64,000 bases of DNA from an uncultured virus (IMG/VR IMGVR_UViG_3300044655_000681). Taxonomy: Duplodnaviria; Heunggongvirae; Uroviricota; Caudoviricetes. The DNA lies in the IMG/VR virus record IMGVR_UViG_3300044655_000681; one strand, given 5' to 3'. Each line of letters starts with the position of its first letter. Position 1 is the stretch's first letter. Below are positions 17,818 through 26,085 of this stretch, piece after piece. The translations under genes and the position numbers were made by a program. Below the pieces are notes generated by a model. It saw only the letters and a program-made list of their open reading frames with translations. It made no database searches and was not told the DNA's origin.

Positions 17818-18014
17818 TGATAGATGGATTTGATCATGTAGGTGACGATCATAAGTGTAGTGTTTGCGCTTGTGATTTTACTGAAGACGAGGGCGGCCTA
17901 CTAGGGTACTTTGGTATGTTACCTGTAGCATTTTGTCCATTTTGTTTTAGTTCTATGTGCGATATGGTTAGTCAATTGTCAATTGATGAAAATTTAGAAG
18001 AGGAGGCCGCTTAA
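17817..18014 (+). CDS. Small putative zinc-binding protein
   Basis: CSVC...CPFC; TAATG coupling; ends EEEAA. Confidence 0.65.
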   Translation: MIDGFDHVGDDHKCSVCACDFTEDEGGLLGYFGMLPVAFCPFCFSSMCDMVSQLSIDENLEEEAA

Positions 18015-18442
18015 TGGGTTTAGATATGTATGCTTACGTTGCCGCTAGAGAAGGGCAACAAAAAGAGTTTTGGGCTGATGGTGAGTTTGATTCCGAAACT
18101 GGCGATTACGTCAACCCCAAAGTAACTAAACCCTTAGAAATTGCCTACTGGCGTAAACACCCAAACCTACATGGTTGGATGGAAGAACTTTGGAATAGCA
18201 AAGGTCGCCCACGTGACAACGATGACGACGAAACGTTTAACGGTATTGAACTTGAACTAACATGGGAAGATATTGACATGTTGGAGGAAGATATCAATCA
18301 AGGCGCACTACCTGGTACAAGTGGTTTCTTCTTTGGTGATCCGGCAGACGACTACTATCGTGAGGATGACCTGAAGTTTATTAAGGAAGCACGTAGTCAG
18401 TTGTTCTTAGGTTTACGTGTATTTTACAATTCAAGTTGGTAG
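18014..18442 (+). CDS. Conserved phage hypothetical protein (MGLDMY...YWRKHPNLHGWM type)
   Basis: GAGG RBS, TAATG coupling, GFFFG and YNSSW motifs. Confidence 0.75.
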   Translation: MGLDMYAYVAAREGQQKEFWADGEFDSETGDYVNPKVTKPLEIAYWRKHPNLHGWMEELWNSKGRPRDNDDDETFNGIELELTWEDIDMLEEDINQGALPGTSGFFFGDPADDYYREDDLKFIKEARSQLFLGLRVFYNSSW

Positions 18443-18449
18443 ATTTTGG

Positions 18450-18478
18450 TTGACTTTTTGGTTAAATGAGTCTATAAT
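18450..18478 (+). promoter_or_regulatory. Early promoter (repeat family)
   Basis: TTGACT TTTTGGTTAAATGAGTC TATAAT. Confidence 0.85.
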
Positions 18479-18507
18479 AGCATTTAACAGTTAGATAAGG
18501 AGCCAAT

Positions 18508-18744
18508 ATGTTTGTATACCTAAAAGCAGATGAAGGCAAAATTGTAGTTAGTATAGACGATTCTGTAGTAGGTTCTGTTAACTCAGCCCAAGAACTTGCA
18601 GAGCTATTTAGAACCCACGGTGTTACTCTAGAGTCAGAAATTTACAATAGTAGTAGTATTGATTTTGCTGATGAATACGGATTTGAGTCCGAGGGTGATG
18701 CGCACGAAATTATTGAACAAGCATTGGAATTAATCGGAGAATAG
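18508..18744 (+). CDS. Acidic hypothetical protein
   Basis: AAGGAG RBS after promoter. Confidence 0.7.
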   Translation: MFVYLKADEGKIVVSIDDSVVGSVNSAQELAELFRTHGVTLESEIYNSSSIDFADEYGFESEGDAHEIIEQALELIGE

Positions 18745-18745
18745 T

Positions 18746-18925
18746 ATGGATAAGGCAATTAAAGTAATTAAAGGTATTGGCGAAGTTGGTATTGATACTA
18801 ATGCTAGTCCGGGTCTTGGCCGTTGGTATGTTAAGCACTACAAGTTAGGCTATGATGTGTCAGGCTTTGACAGTGAAGAAGAAGCCTTAATGGAATTAGA
18901 ATATGTTGAAATGGACATGGCCTAA
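18746..18925 (+). CDS. Hypothetical protein, 59 aa (not in ORF track)
   Basis: GGAG RBS; MDKAIKVIKGIGEVGIDTNASPGLGRWYVKHYKLGYDVSGFDSEEEALMELEYVEMDMA*; fills the gap exactly. Confidence 0.7.
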   Translation: MDKAIKVIKGIGEVGIDTNASPGLGRWYVKHYKLGYDVSGFDSEEEALMELEYVEMDMA

Positions 18926-19152
18926 TGATCAACCATGGTCTACAATGGTTAGGAACCTCATGTTTAATTACCATGTATGTGATCATGAGCTTCTACCCTG
19001 AGCTATATCCTGTTAACATCATCCTTGGTTGCTTTGGCGGATTGTTCTATTTTATATGGAGTTTTCGTGTGGACAACCGTCCGCAGATGATAGTCAATGC
19101 CGCTGGTATACTAGTCTGCTTGGCTGGCTTAATTAAGTTATATTTTGGTTGA
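18925..19152 (+). CDS. Small 3-TM membrane protein
   Basis: Three hydrophobic segments; resembles 58803-59048. Confidence 0.65.
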   Translation: MINHGLQWLGTSCLITMYVIMSFYPELYPVNIILGCFGGLFYFIWSFRVDNRPQMIVNAAGILVCLAGLIKLYFG

Positions 19153-19177
19153 CTTTTTGGTTAAATGACTGTATAAT
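19149..19177 (+). promoter_or_regulatory. Early promoter (repeat family)
   Basis: TTGACT TTTTGGTTAAATGACTG TATAAT. Confidence 0.88.
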
Positions 19178-19210
19178 GTTACACATACACTAACAACACA
19201 GGAGCAATAA

Positions 19211-19531
19211 ATGGACTTTCAAGCTATTCACAACGAAGCACAAACAGCAGCAACTAACGCTCAAAACGCTTTTCTTAAAACATACGGCGAAATGGCCTAC
19301 TGTGGTTTTGCTTGGGTTAATGTTTATGTAGACCGTACTAACTCAACAGAAGCCAAAGGCTTACTTGGTGTTGGTTTTAAGAAAGATTACCGTCCTAAAT
19401 GTTTAAACTTGTGGAGCCCAGGTAACTACCATGGTCAAAGCATGGATGTATTAGAAGAAGGTGCTCGTGCTTACGCAGAAGTACTAAGTAAATATGGTTT
19501 CCGTGCTTATGCTGGTTCACGTGCTGACTAA
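19211..19531 (+). CDS. Hypothetical early protein
   Basis: AGGAG RBS; CGFAWV...QSMD..E.GA.AYA.VL motif seen in phage early genes. Confidence 0.75.
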   Translation: MDFQAIHNEAQTAATNAQNAFLKTYGEMAYCGFAWVNVYVDRTNSTEAKGLLGVGFKKDYRPKCLNLWSPGNYHGQSMDVLEEGARAYAEVLSKYGFRAYAGSRAD

Positions 19532-19547
19532 TAAGGAAAGGTATTAA

Positions 19548-19799
19548 ATGAAACAACTAGACTTACAAGATGATTTCGCGTACAATAATGAAGAAGAAGC
19601 CGAAATGGGTCAGCTTCATGCCATTCATAATAACATGAATGCTATCGCTGAAGTTCAACGTCAATTAAATAAACAAGCCCAACAACCTAGCGCAGAAGAG
19701 TGTGAGGAATGTGATGACGAAATTCCAGAAGCACGTCGACTAGCTATTCCAGGCGTTCAACTTTGTGTATTTTGTAAAGAGCGACAAGAACGTCATTAA
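19548..19799 (+). CDS. DksA/TraR family C4 zinc-finger protein
   Basis: CEECDDEIPEARRLAIPGVQLCVFCKE. Confidence 0.88.
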   Translation: MKQLDLQDDFAYNNEEEAEMGQLHAIHNNMNAIAEVQRQLNKQAQQPSAEECEECDDEIPEARRLAIPGVQLCVFCKERQERH

Positions 19800-19818
19800 A
19801 TAAAACAAAAGGAACAGT

Positions 19819-20439
19819 ATGCCAAATTTAGTACCAATGGTAGTAGAGCGCACTTCAGAAGGAGAGCGCAGTTACGACATTTATAGTCGTCTACTCAAAG
19901 ATCGTATTGTTATGTTAGACACTGATGTTAGTCAACATTCAGCTAGTTTAATTGTAGCACAATTACTGTTCTTAGAAAGTGAAAGCCCAGAGAAAGACAT
20001 CTTATTCTACATCAATAGTCCGGGCGGTAGCGTGACTGCCGGTCTAGCAATATACGATACAATGCAGTTTATTAAATGTGATGTGTCGACTATTGTTATC
20101 GGTCAGGCCTGTTCAATGGGGTCATTCTTAGCACAGGCCGGAACTCCGGGTAAGAGGTTAGTCTTACCGGAATCACGTACTATGATTCACCGTGTTAGTT
20201 CAGGTACTCCGGGCACTAGCGGTACAGTTCATGTACAGGAATTAGAATTTGAAGATGCTCGTCGTGCTTTTGAAGAAAGTAAGCGTATTAACGAACGCTT
20301 AACTGAGTTGTATGTGCGTCATAATACCGCAGGCAAAACCTACGAAGATTTATTCTCAGCAATGAAATTTGACACTTTCTTAAGTGCGGCTGAAGCAGTT
20401 GCCTACGGTCTAGCTGATGAAGTCGTTACTAAAAGATGA
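19819..20439 (+). CDS. clpP: ATP-dependent Clp protease proteolytic subunit
   Basis: [48 protein letters not shown] (Ser), MIH (His), FDTFL (Asp). Confidence 0.95.
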   Translation: MPNLVPMVVERTSEGERSYDIYSRLLKDRIVMLDTDVSQHSASLIVAQLLFLESESPEKDILFYINSPGGSVTAGLAIYDTMQFIKCDVSTIVIGQACSMGSFLAQAGTPGKRLVLPESRTMIHRVSSGTPGTSGTVHVQELEFEDARRAFEESKRINERLTELYVRHNTAGKTYEDLFSAMKFDTFLSAAEAVAYGLADEVVTKR

Positions 20440-21521
20440 ATTTGTTAAAACTTACCTACACTACTACAACAGATAGTTTTAAATTAAAAGTTTTTTTAGA
20501 CTCTAAGCCAATAGAATTTATACAAACTGATAATTGTATTGAAATACCCTGCGACCTGACGCAGGGTTTTCATTTGCTAACAGTACAACTTATTAAATAT
20601 GGTGTAGGTGATTTGGTAATTTTTAAATCAGCTGAGTTAGACGGGGTTGATTTTAAACATACATTTTATACAATGTTTGCCAATCCCAGTATGGTCCAAA
20701 CTACCTGTTTGTCTTCAGAGTATAAAATATTAAGTTTGCCATTTATGAATCCACTAGCATGGTGGTTTAGTTCTTGTGCTATAAAAATTCCTTCGAAGTA
20801 TTATAGCGGGGGATTATATGAAGAATTATCAGTATACTACCCGCAATCGATTGACCCAGGTTCCGACTATCCCAAAGTAATTAGAGATTACTTTAAAGAG
20901 AACATGGATTTTTATGTCCATCCAAAGTACACTGTGGATCAATCATATTTTAGAAACGATGTTCCTTATGTGTTAATAGGCGATAGAATTAGCTATGATG
21001 AAACTGCACTGTTTAAAGAATTTACAAATAACTTAGAATTCTTAATAGGCAATTCGGCAGACTATCTTAAAAAAGATTCTAAACAAAGTTCGGGCTCACA
21101 GGGCACGTGTTTGGTTACGGTTGTTAATGTGAGAACAGATGGTAGTGACTATGATCTAGATAGGTCTTTTCATTTTAATAAAAAACAATTCCCAGCCCTT
21201 TACGAGTTTTTTAAACAGCTACCTATAAAGGATGTAGTACATGCCTTTGTTGGTATCCTAGCACCCAAGCAGTCAATACAGCCGCACGTTGACTCTTATG
21301 TAGGGTTTGAATCTGTATTAGAAAATTACCAAGGTTGTAATAAATTATATATTCCAATCAACTTCAAACCTGGTAACTACTTTAAAATTGCCAATGTTGG
21401 AAATATTCCTACAGACCAAGGTCCGGTCTTAGTAAATACTCAACACTTTGTACACGGGCTATTTAACGACAGCGCGGAGTACAGATTTGCTATTGGGATA
21501 ATAGGATCAAAAATACAATAA
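20436..21521 (+). CDS. Protein with C-terminal Asp/Asn beta-hydroxylase-like 2OG-Fe(II) domain (paralogue 1)
   Basis: L.P...IQPHVD ... YIPINF ... [11 protein letters not shown]. Confidence 0.65.
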   Translation: MNLLKLTYTTTTDSFKLKVFLDSKPIEFIQTDNCIEIPCDLTQGFHLLTVQLIKYGVGDLVIFKSAELDGVDFKHTFYTMFANPSMVQTTCLSSEYKILSLPFMNPLAWWFSSCAIKIPSKYYSGGLYEELSVYYPQSIDPGSDYPKVIRDYFKENMDFYVHPKYTVDQSYFRNDVPYVLIGDRISYDETALFKEFTNNLEFLIGNSADYLKKDSKQSSGSQGTCLVTVVNVRTDGSDYDLDRSFHFNKKQFPALYEFFKQLPIKDVVHAFVGILAPKQSIQPHVDSYVGFESVLENYQGCNKLYIPINFKPGNYFKIANVGNIPTDQGPVLVNTQHFVHGLFNDSAEYRFAIGIIGSKIQ

Positions 21522-22609
21522 TGTTAACCATCAATTACACTGCATCCGCTGTAGAATTTAAATTAAAAGTCTTAGTAGATTTTGTATCTGTAGATTTTAC
21601 ACAAACAGCTACTCGACTCGAAGTACCTTGTGAGCTAACACAAGGCTTCCATCTATTAGAAATTTACCTAGTAGAATACAATGCCGATACACAGATTGAA
21701 TTTACTTCAGCACAATTAAATGGTCAAGACTTTAGGCATACCATTTATGCTATGTTTGATAACAACACACATAGTCAAACAACTAAACTATCGGAGCACA
21801 CTAGAGCAGTAACCTTACCATTTATGAATCCGTTGATTTGGTGGATTACTGCCTGTTTGGAACGAATTCCAAATAAACTGTTTGCTGGTCAGCTATATGA
21901 AACTATGAGTGTGTATTACCCGCAGTCTATTCAACTTAACCACAAGTACCCACAAGAGATTCGTGACTATTTCTTTTACAACAGAGATTTTCATGCGCAT
22001 CTAAAATACAGCGTACAAGACACATACTTCAAACACGAAGTTCCTTATCTACTATTAGGTGATCTAGTTAAGTATGACGAAACAGCCATGGTACAGGAAT
22101 TGTTTAATAACTTAGATTTTCTTAAACAGCAATTAAAAGAGTATTACGGGCAACGGGGATCAGGAAAGCCACTAGGACAAGGTACACAGTTTGTGTCGTT
22201 GTTTGACAACATAAATTCAGATTCCGACTCTTACAACCCTAAATTAGATTTTATGTTAGATCCATTGCAATTTCCTAAGATGTTAGAATTCTTTGAAAAT
22301 CTACCTGTACAAAAAGTATTTCATTCTATGCTAGGATTGCTTGGCCCTGGGCAAGTGATATTACCGCATGTTGACAAATATACCGGCCACGAAACCTTTA
22401 TGGAGAGCTATGGTGGATGTAGTCAAATCTATATTCCACTAAACTTTAAACCTGGCAATTATTTTAAAATGACCAATGTTGGTATTGTGCCCACAGATCA
22501 AGGTGCAGTGTTAATGAATAATCATGATCTAACTCACGCATTAGTAAATGATAGTGACGAATATAGATTCGCTATCTTAATTGTAGGTACAAAGTTGCCC
22601 AATGCTTAA
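21521..22609 (+). CDS. Protein with C-terminal Asp/Asn beta-hydroxylase-like 2OG-Fe(II) domain (paralogue 2)
   Basis: LGPGQVILPHVD ... YIPLNF ... HALVNDSDEYR; collinear with the upstream gene. Confidence 0.65.
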   Translation: MLTINYTASAVEFKLKVLVDFVSVDFTQTATRLEVPCELTQGFHLLEIYLVEYNADTQIEFTSAQLNGQDFRHTIYAMFDNNTHSQTTKLSEHTRAVTLPFMNPLIWWITACLERIPNKLFAGQLYETMSVYYPQSIQLNHKYPQEIRDYFFYNRDFHAHLKYSVQDTYFKHEVPYLLLGDLVKYDETAMVQELFNNLDFLKQQLKEYYGQRGSGKPLGQGTQFVSLFDNINSDSDSYNPKLDFMLDPLQFPKMLEFFENLPVQKVFHSMLGLLGPGQVILPHVDKYTGHETFMESYGGCSQIYIPLNFKPGNYFKMTNVGIVPTDQGAVLMNNHDLTHALVNDSDEYRFAILIVGTKLPNA

Positions 22610-23924
22610 AGATAATTTTTGTTCTAGCCCTTGGTTTCATATTAGACTCAATCCGTCTGGTAACTACAGACCTTGTCGCTGGATATCATTTCAAAAAGAC
22701 AGTGACAATGAATATCACATGTCTAACACATCCATTATGGACTATATGAATTCTACCATGATGAAAGATGTGCGTACACAGATGTTAGCTGGTGAGAAAT
22801 TATCAATGTGCGAGTGGTGCCACTACGATGATAGTGTTAATAAAGTCAGCGGTAGAAAAATACAACTGCTAAAAAGTGCAGTAAACACCAATAACTTTGA
22901 CAAAACATTTTGTTCAAGCCCACACTACAAATTGTTTAACTACAGTCACGAACATCGGGGCGAAACTAACTGCCATCCAGTAGATCTGCAAATTGATCTT
23001 GGCAACACCTGTAATGGTGCCTGCATAATGTGTACACCAACCTACAGTAGTAAGCTAGCCAATGATTATGTTGAGTTGAATAAACTTGAACCTAAACTAT
23101 TTGACATCTTTCCTTATCGCAAGAATTGGACCGACGATCCTGCACTAGTTGATAAGTTTGTTAGTGAACTAGCTGAACTGCCTAATATTAAGTATATTCA
23201 TTTCTTGGGTGGTGAAACACTTTATCTAAAGAGTTTTTACACTATCTGCAATCGTTTAATTGACCTTGGTATTGCCAAAGAAATCAGTATAGGAACTACT
23301 ACCAACTGTTCGGTTTATAATAAAGAGCTAGAGCATATTATTAAAAACTTTAAACATGTACACCTAGGACTAAGTGTAGAAACATTTCATAGCTTAAATG
23401 ACTACATTAGATGGCCAAGCAACATTAACCAAGTGACTAACCACATACAGAAATTTATCGAATTACGAAAAGAAAATAGTATGCATCTTAGTCTGCGTAT
23501 TACTCCGAACATCTTTTCTATTTTTTATTTAGATACAATCTTTGAGTTTATGCTACAAAATAGGATTACTGCGGAAAGTTGTACAGTACTGCGAGAGCCG
23601 CCGTGCCTACGTGCAGAGCTATTACCTCCAGAGTTAATTAAAATTTGCGCAGATAAACTCAATCAACTAATTGTAAAATATAATCTAAGCCCAAATGCCG
23701 CAACAGTAATCAATCGACGACATAACGATTTCACTGAAGACGTGATAACAGATACAATATTTGAATTTAAGTATCTCTTTGAAAACATGCAGCCTCCAGT
23801 AGATGTAGATGAACAGCGCCAAGATCTAGTTAAATTTATTCAAGCGTTTGAACAAGTACACAACAATAATATTTTAGATTACCTACCAGAATATGAAGAA
23901 TTTTTACGAAGCTACGGTTACTAA
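22602..23924 (+). CDS. Radical SAM protein with N-terminal twitch-like auxiliary domain
   Basis: FCSSPW...RPC...CEWC N-terminal Cys set; CNGACIMC (CX3CX2C); FLGGE. Confidence 0.85.
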   Translation: MLKDNFCSSPWFHIRLNPSGNYRPCRWISFQKDSDNEYHMSNTSIMDYMNSTMMKDVRTQMLAGEKLSMCEWCHYDDSVNKVSGRKIQLLKSAVNTNNFDKTFCSSPHYKLFNYSHEHRGETNCHPVDLQIDLGNTCNGACIMCTPTYSSKLANDYVELNKLEPKLFDIFPYRKNWTDDPALVDKFVSELAELPNIKYIHFLGGETLYLKSFYTICNRLIDLGIAKEISIGTTTNCSVYNKELEHIIKNFKHVHLGLSVETFHSLNDYIRWPSNINQVTNHIQKFIELRKENSMHLSLRITPNIFSIFYLDTIFEFMLQNRITAESCTVLREPPCLRAELLPPELIKICADKLNQLIVKYNLSPNAATVINRRHNDFTEDVITDTIFEFKYLFENMQPPVDVDEQRQDLVKFIQAFEQVHNNNILDYLPEYEEFLRSYGY

Positions 23925-24276
23925 ACCTAATCTAAAGTTAACAGTCATGTTAACACTGAATCCAAATGAACAATGTCTTTGTGTGGCGCTGGTCAATGGC
24001 GAGGTTGTACACGACGGGTTATTAACAGTGCCAAAAGCAATTAACTGTTTGGTACCAAACAATAACCCAATAGAAATTAAAGTTATTACAACTCGTGTAC
24101 ACCCAGAAGCGGTCGCCATCGGTGTTACAGTTGATAACTTGCCTATAATCCCACTATATCAGCAGTATGCTAGTCCCCCAACTGATTATATTGATTATAA
24201 TGGCGAATGGGTCCTAACAATCCCAAATTTTTATCCATGGTATCATAGTGCCACTGGACAAGGATGGATTGCTTAA
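23893..24276 (+). CDS. Hypothetical protein
   Basis: 127-aa ORF overlapping the radical SAM stop. Confidence 0.6.
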   Translation: MKNFYEATVTKPNLKLTVMLTLNPNEQCLCVALVNGEVVHDGLLTVPKAINCLVPNNNPIEIKVITTRVHPEAVAIGVTVDNLPIIPLYQQYASPPTDYIDYNGEWVLTIPNFYPWYHSATGQGWIA

Positions 24277-24284
24277 TATTTTGG

Positions 24285-24313
24285 TTGACATTTTGGTTAA
24301 ATGAATGTATAAT
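24285..24313 (+). promoter_or_regulatory. Early promoter (repeat family)
   Basis: TTGACA TTTTGGTTAAATGAATG TATAAT. Confidence 0.85.
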
Positions 24314-24337
24314 GTATTTGTAAGTTAATTAACGGAG

Positions 24338-24538
24338 ATGAAAATGCCACAATTTGAAGTCATGTATAAAGTATTAACTAATAACATTAATGAAGGCGGT
24401 GCTTGGGAATCTACAGGCCCTAGTCATTATACCACTGTGGTTACAGCACTATATCAAAGTGCCGCCGAACAAATGGTAAAAAATATGAATGGCGGGCCTA
24501 ACCACTGTCATATTATTCGTGCGGTAGCAATTGGCTAA
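24338..24538 (+). CDS. Hypothetical protein (true start may be ATG 24344)
   Basis: GGAG RBS after promoter. Confidence 0.65.
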   Translation: MKMPQFEVMYKVLTNNINEGGAWESTGPSHYTTVVTALYQSAAEQMVKNMNGGPNHCHIIRAVAIG

Positions 24539-24548
24539 GGAGAAGTAA

Positions 24549-24740
24549 ATGGCAAAAGGTAAGAAACAGGTAGTAAAAAACGTAACTGATTTTAATGTTG
24601 CGATTTTTGATAATGGATTCACTCTTAACTACAACGGTAACGATAGTGAAGGTGATTGGGCAGAGGCGAAAGTAATCGTCGCTGATATTGATAAACTTTG
24701 TGAATTAATACGTGGCGTTGTAGAACTTCCACGCGAATAA
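24549..24740 (+). CDS. Hypothetical protein
   Basis: AAGGAG RBS. Confidence 0.7.
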   Translation: MAKGKKQVVKNVTDFNVAIFDNGFTLNYNGNDSEGDWAEAKVIVADIDKLCELIRGVVELPRE

Positions 24741-24753
24741 TTTAGGAGATAAT

Positions 24754-25056
24754 ATGTTTAAAGTAACAGGTGTTTCAACGTTAAACGGTAAGACTAAAGT
24801 TCGTTTTGCTAATGATCTAGTTAGTCGTGTTAAGATGTTAGTTAAGGATGGGCATCAAGATATTGAGTTATTAGAATTGCCAGAACCATTGTCCAAGGGT
24901 GATGTCGTTAAGTATCTTAAAACTACAGATCTTGTTAATGTTCCTCGTTTTGCTGAAGCTATTGCCAACGCAGATGAGAAGTACAATACAGTGAAAGTAT
25001 CTAAACCTGCTATTAGCTTAGACGCAATTAAAGCACGTGCTGGGATTGTAGCCTAA
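24754..25056 (+). CDS. Hypothetical protein
   Basis: AGGAG RBS; KVRFAND motif; ends AGIVA. Confidence 0.75.
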   Translation: MFKVTGVSTLNGKTKVRFANDLVSRVKMLVKDGHQDIELLELPEPLSKGDVVKYLKTTDLVNVPRFAEAIANADEKYNTVKVSKPAISLDAIKARAGIVA

Positions 25057-25169
25057 TGAAGGTTAAGTTTAGTTATATTGGCCTAGAAGGTAAGTTAGTA
25101 TATACACGTGATTTAGGCACACACAAAACCTACAGAATTGGTCCTATTGTGGTCAAGGTGTATAAGTAA
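25056..25169 (+). CDS. Hypothetical 37-aa protein (not in ORF track)
   Basis: TAATG coupling; MKVKFSYIGLEGKLVYTRDLGTHKTYRIGPIVVKVYK*. Confidence 0.45.
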   Translation: MKVKFSYIGLEGKLVYTRDLGTHKTYRIGPIVVKVYK

Positions 25170-25299
25170 ATATACAATAAAACTAAAGTAGGTATGCTAT
25201 CTAGTGTATGCTGGGTAGCATATACTGCGGTATGTTAGGTAACACATGATTTTCGGCCTCTTCCGTGTATAATTATTAGTATACACAGGAGAAGTTGAA

Positions 25300-25533
25300 A
25301 TGAAAGTAAGCGTTTTATTAGCAGTATTATTAGCAGTTGCTGGCGTAGCATCAGCTGATGAAGTTAAACAGAACACTCAACATCAACTATCAAAACGTCC
25401 TTATGCGGCTCCGGTTGTAGATAAGGAAACATTTGATGGTGCGGTTGTTGATAAAAAAGAAGTAGAGCAACCTAAGCAGTTAAATTTACACATGTTAGGT
25501 CGTCGAGCATATTCAGAAAAGACGGCCGACTAA
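25300..25533 (+). CDS. Small secreted protein with internal repeat
   Basis: AGGAG RBS; signal peptide ending ASA; HQLSKRPY and HMLGRRAY repeat. Confidence 0.75.
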   Translation: MKVSVLLAVLLAVAGVASADEVKQNTQHQLSKRPYAAPVVDKETFDGAVVDKKEVEQPKQLNLHMLGRRAYSEKTAD

Positions 25534-25534
25534 A

Positions 25535-25880
25535 GAAATTGTTGTAGCCGAAAGGCAAAGTTGTAAAGTAAGGCATGTTGGACGGCGGTTCGATTCCGCC
25601 CAGGTCCACCATAAGCATATTCGACCCTATTCCGGATTGGGTGACATGTAACAGAGTGTGCTTTTGATGGGCCTGACCAGGTTTTCGACAGCGTGAGATA
25701 GGATAACAACTCAACACGTGGGGTCACGTAAAATACAAAAATCGTAAATGCAACAGCAAATACAAAAGACGTAGTTAAAGTGTCAATGGGTCGTGGCTTC
25801 CGCTTCGGTTCACGCACTGAAGCTTTAGCAGCCTAAGAAACTGCTCGTCCGGGGTAGCTATACCTTGTTACCAAAAATAG
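25535..25880 (+). ncRNA. ssrA: Circularly permuted (two-piece) tmRNA: acceptor piece ends at CCA 25611, intervening segment 25612-25668, coding piece starts 25669; outer ends approximate
   Basis: T-arm GGCGG-TTCGATT-CCGCC then CAGGTCC-A-CCA; downstream GGGCCTG pairs with CAGGTCC giving G3.U70; TTCGAC-AGCGTG pairs with CATGTTG-GAC; tag frame 25750-25836 ATANTKDVVKVSMGRGFRFGSRTEALAA*. Confidence 0.93.
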
Positions 25881-25881
25881 T

Positions 25882-25908
25882 AGGAAGCACCTTCGGGTGC
25901 TTTCTTTT
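25882..25908 (+). terminator. Intrinsic terminator after tmRNA
   Basis: AGGAAGCACC-TTCG-GGTGCTTTCTTTT. Confidence 0.88.
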
Positions 25909-26017
25909 GTCTAGCATTTCTAGCAGTATATTCCACACAAGATAGTTTGTGTGGCACGAGTACTATGCTATAATATTTGCGTGGCACAAATAATAAAATA
26001 TGCCATACAAATTTTGG

Positions 26018-26046
26018 TTGACATTTTGGATGATTGAGTATACAAT
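26018..26046 (+). promoter_or_regulatory. Early promoter (repeat family variant)
   Basis: ATTTTGG-TTGACA-17-TACAAT. Confidence 0.75.
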
Positions 26047-26085
26047 AATAAAACTAAGGCAAACAACAGAAATGAAAGGTTTGGT

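Noticed and set aside
16665..19180. Recurring ~36-nt repeat as a CRISPR array
   Set aside because: Spacing is hundreds of nt with whole genes in between; the repeats are -35/-10 promoters; no cas genes.
22602..23924. Radical SAM genes (here and 55017-56069) as PqqE partners of pqqA
   Set aside because: They are far from pqqA, lack PqqE-like sequence features I can recognise, and no pqqB/C/D is present; they resemble generic phage radical SAM proteins.
25575..25611. Possible tRNA gene
   Set aside because: A T-arm and CCA are present, but there is no upstream acceptor 5' strand or anticodon arm; the pairing strand lies downstream, as expected for permuted tmRNA. No true tRNA gene was found in the window.
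25530..25817. Minus-strand ORFs 25530-25817 and 25472-25717
   Set aside because: They are antisense shadows of the tmRNA gene (e.g. VDLGGIEPPS is the reverse translation of the T-arm/acceptor).
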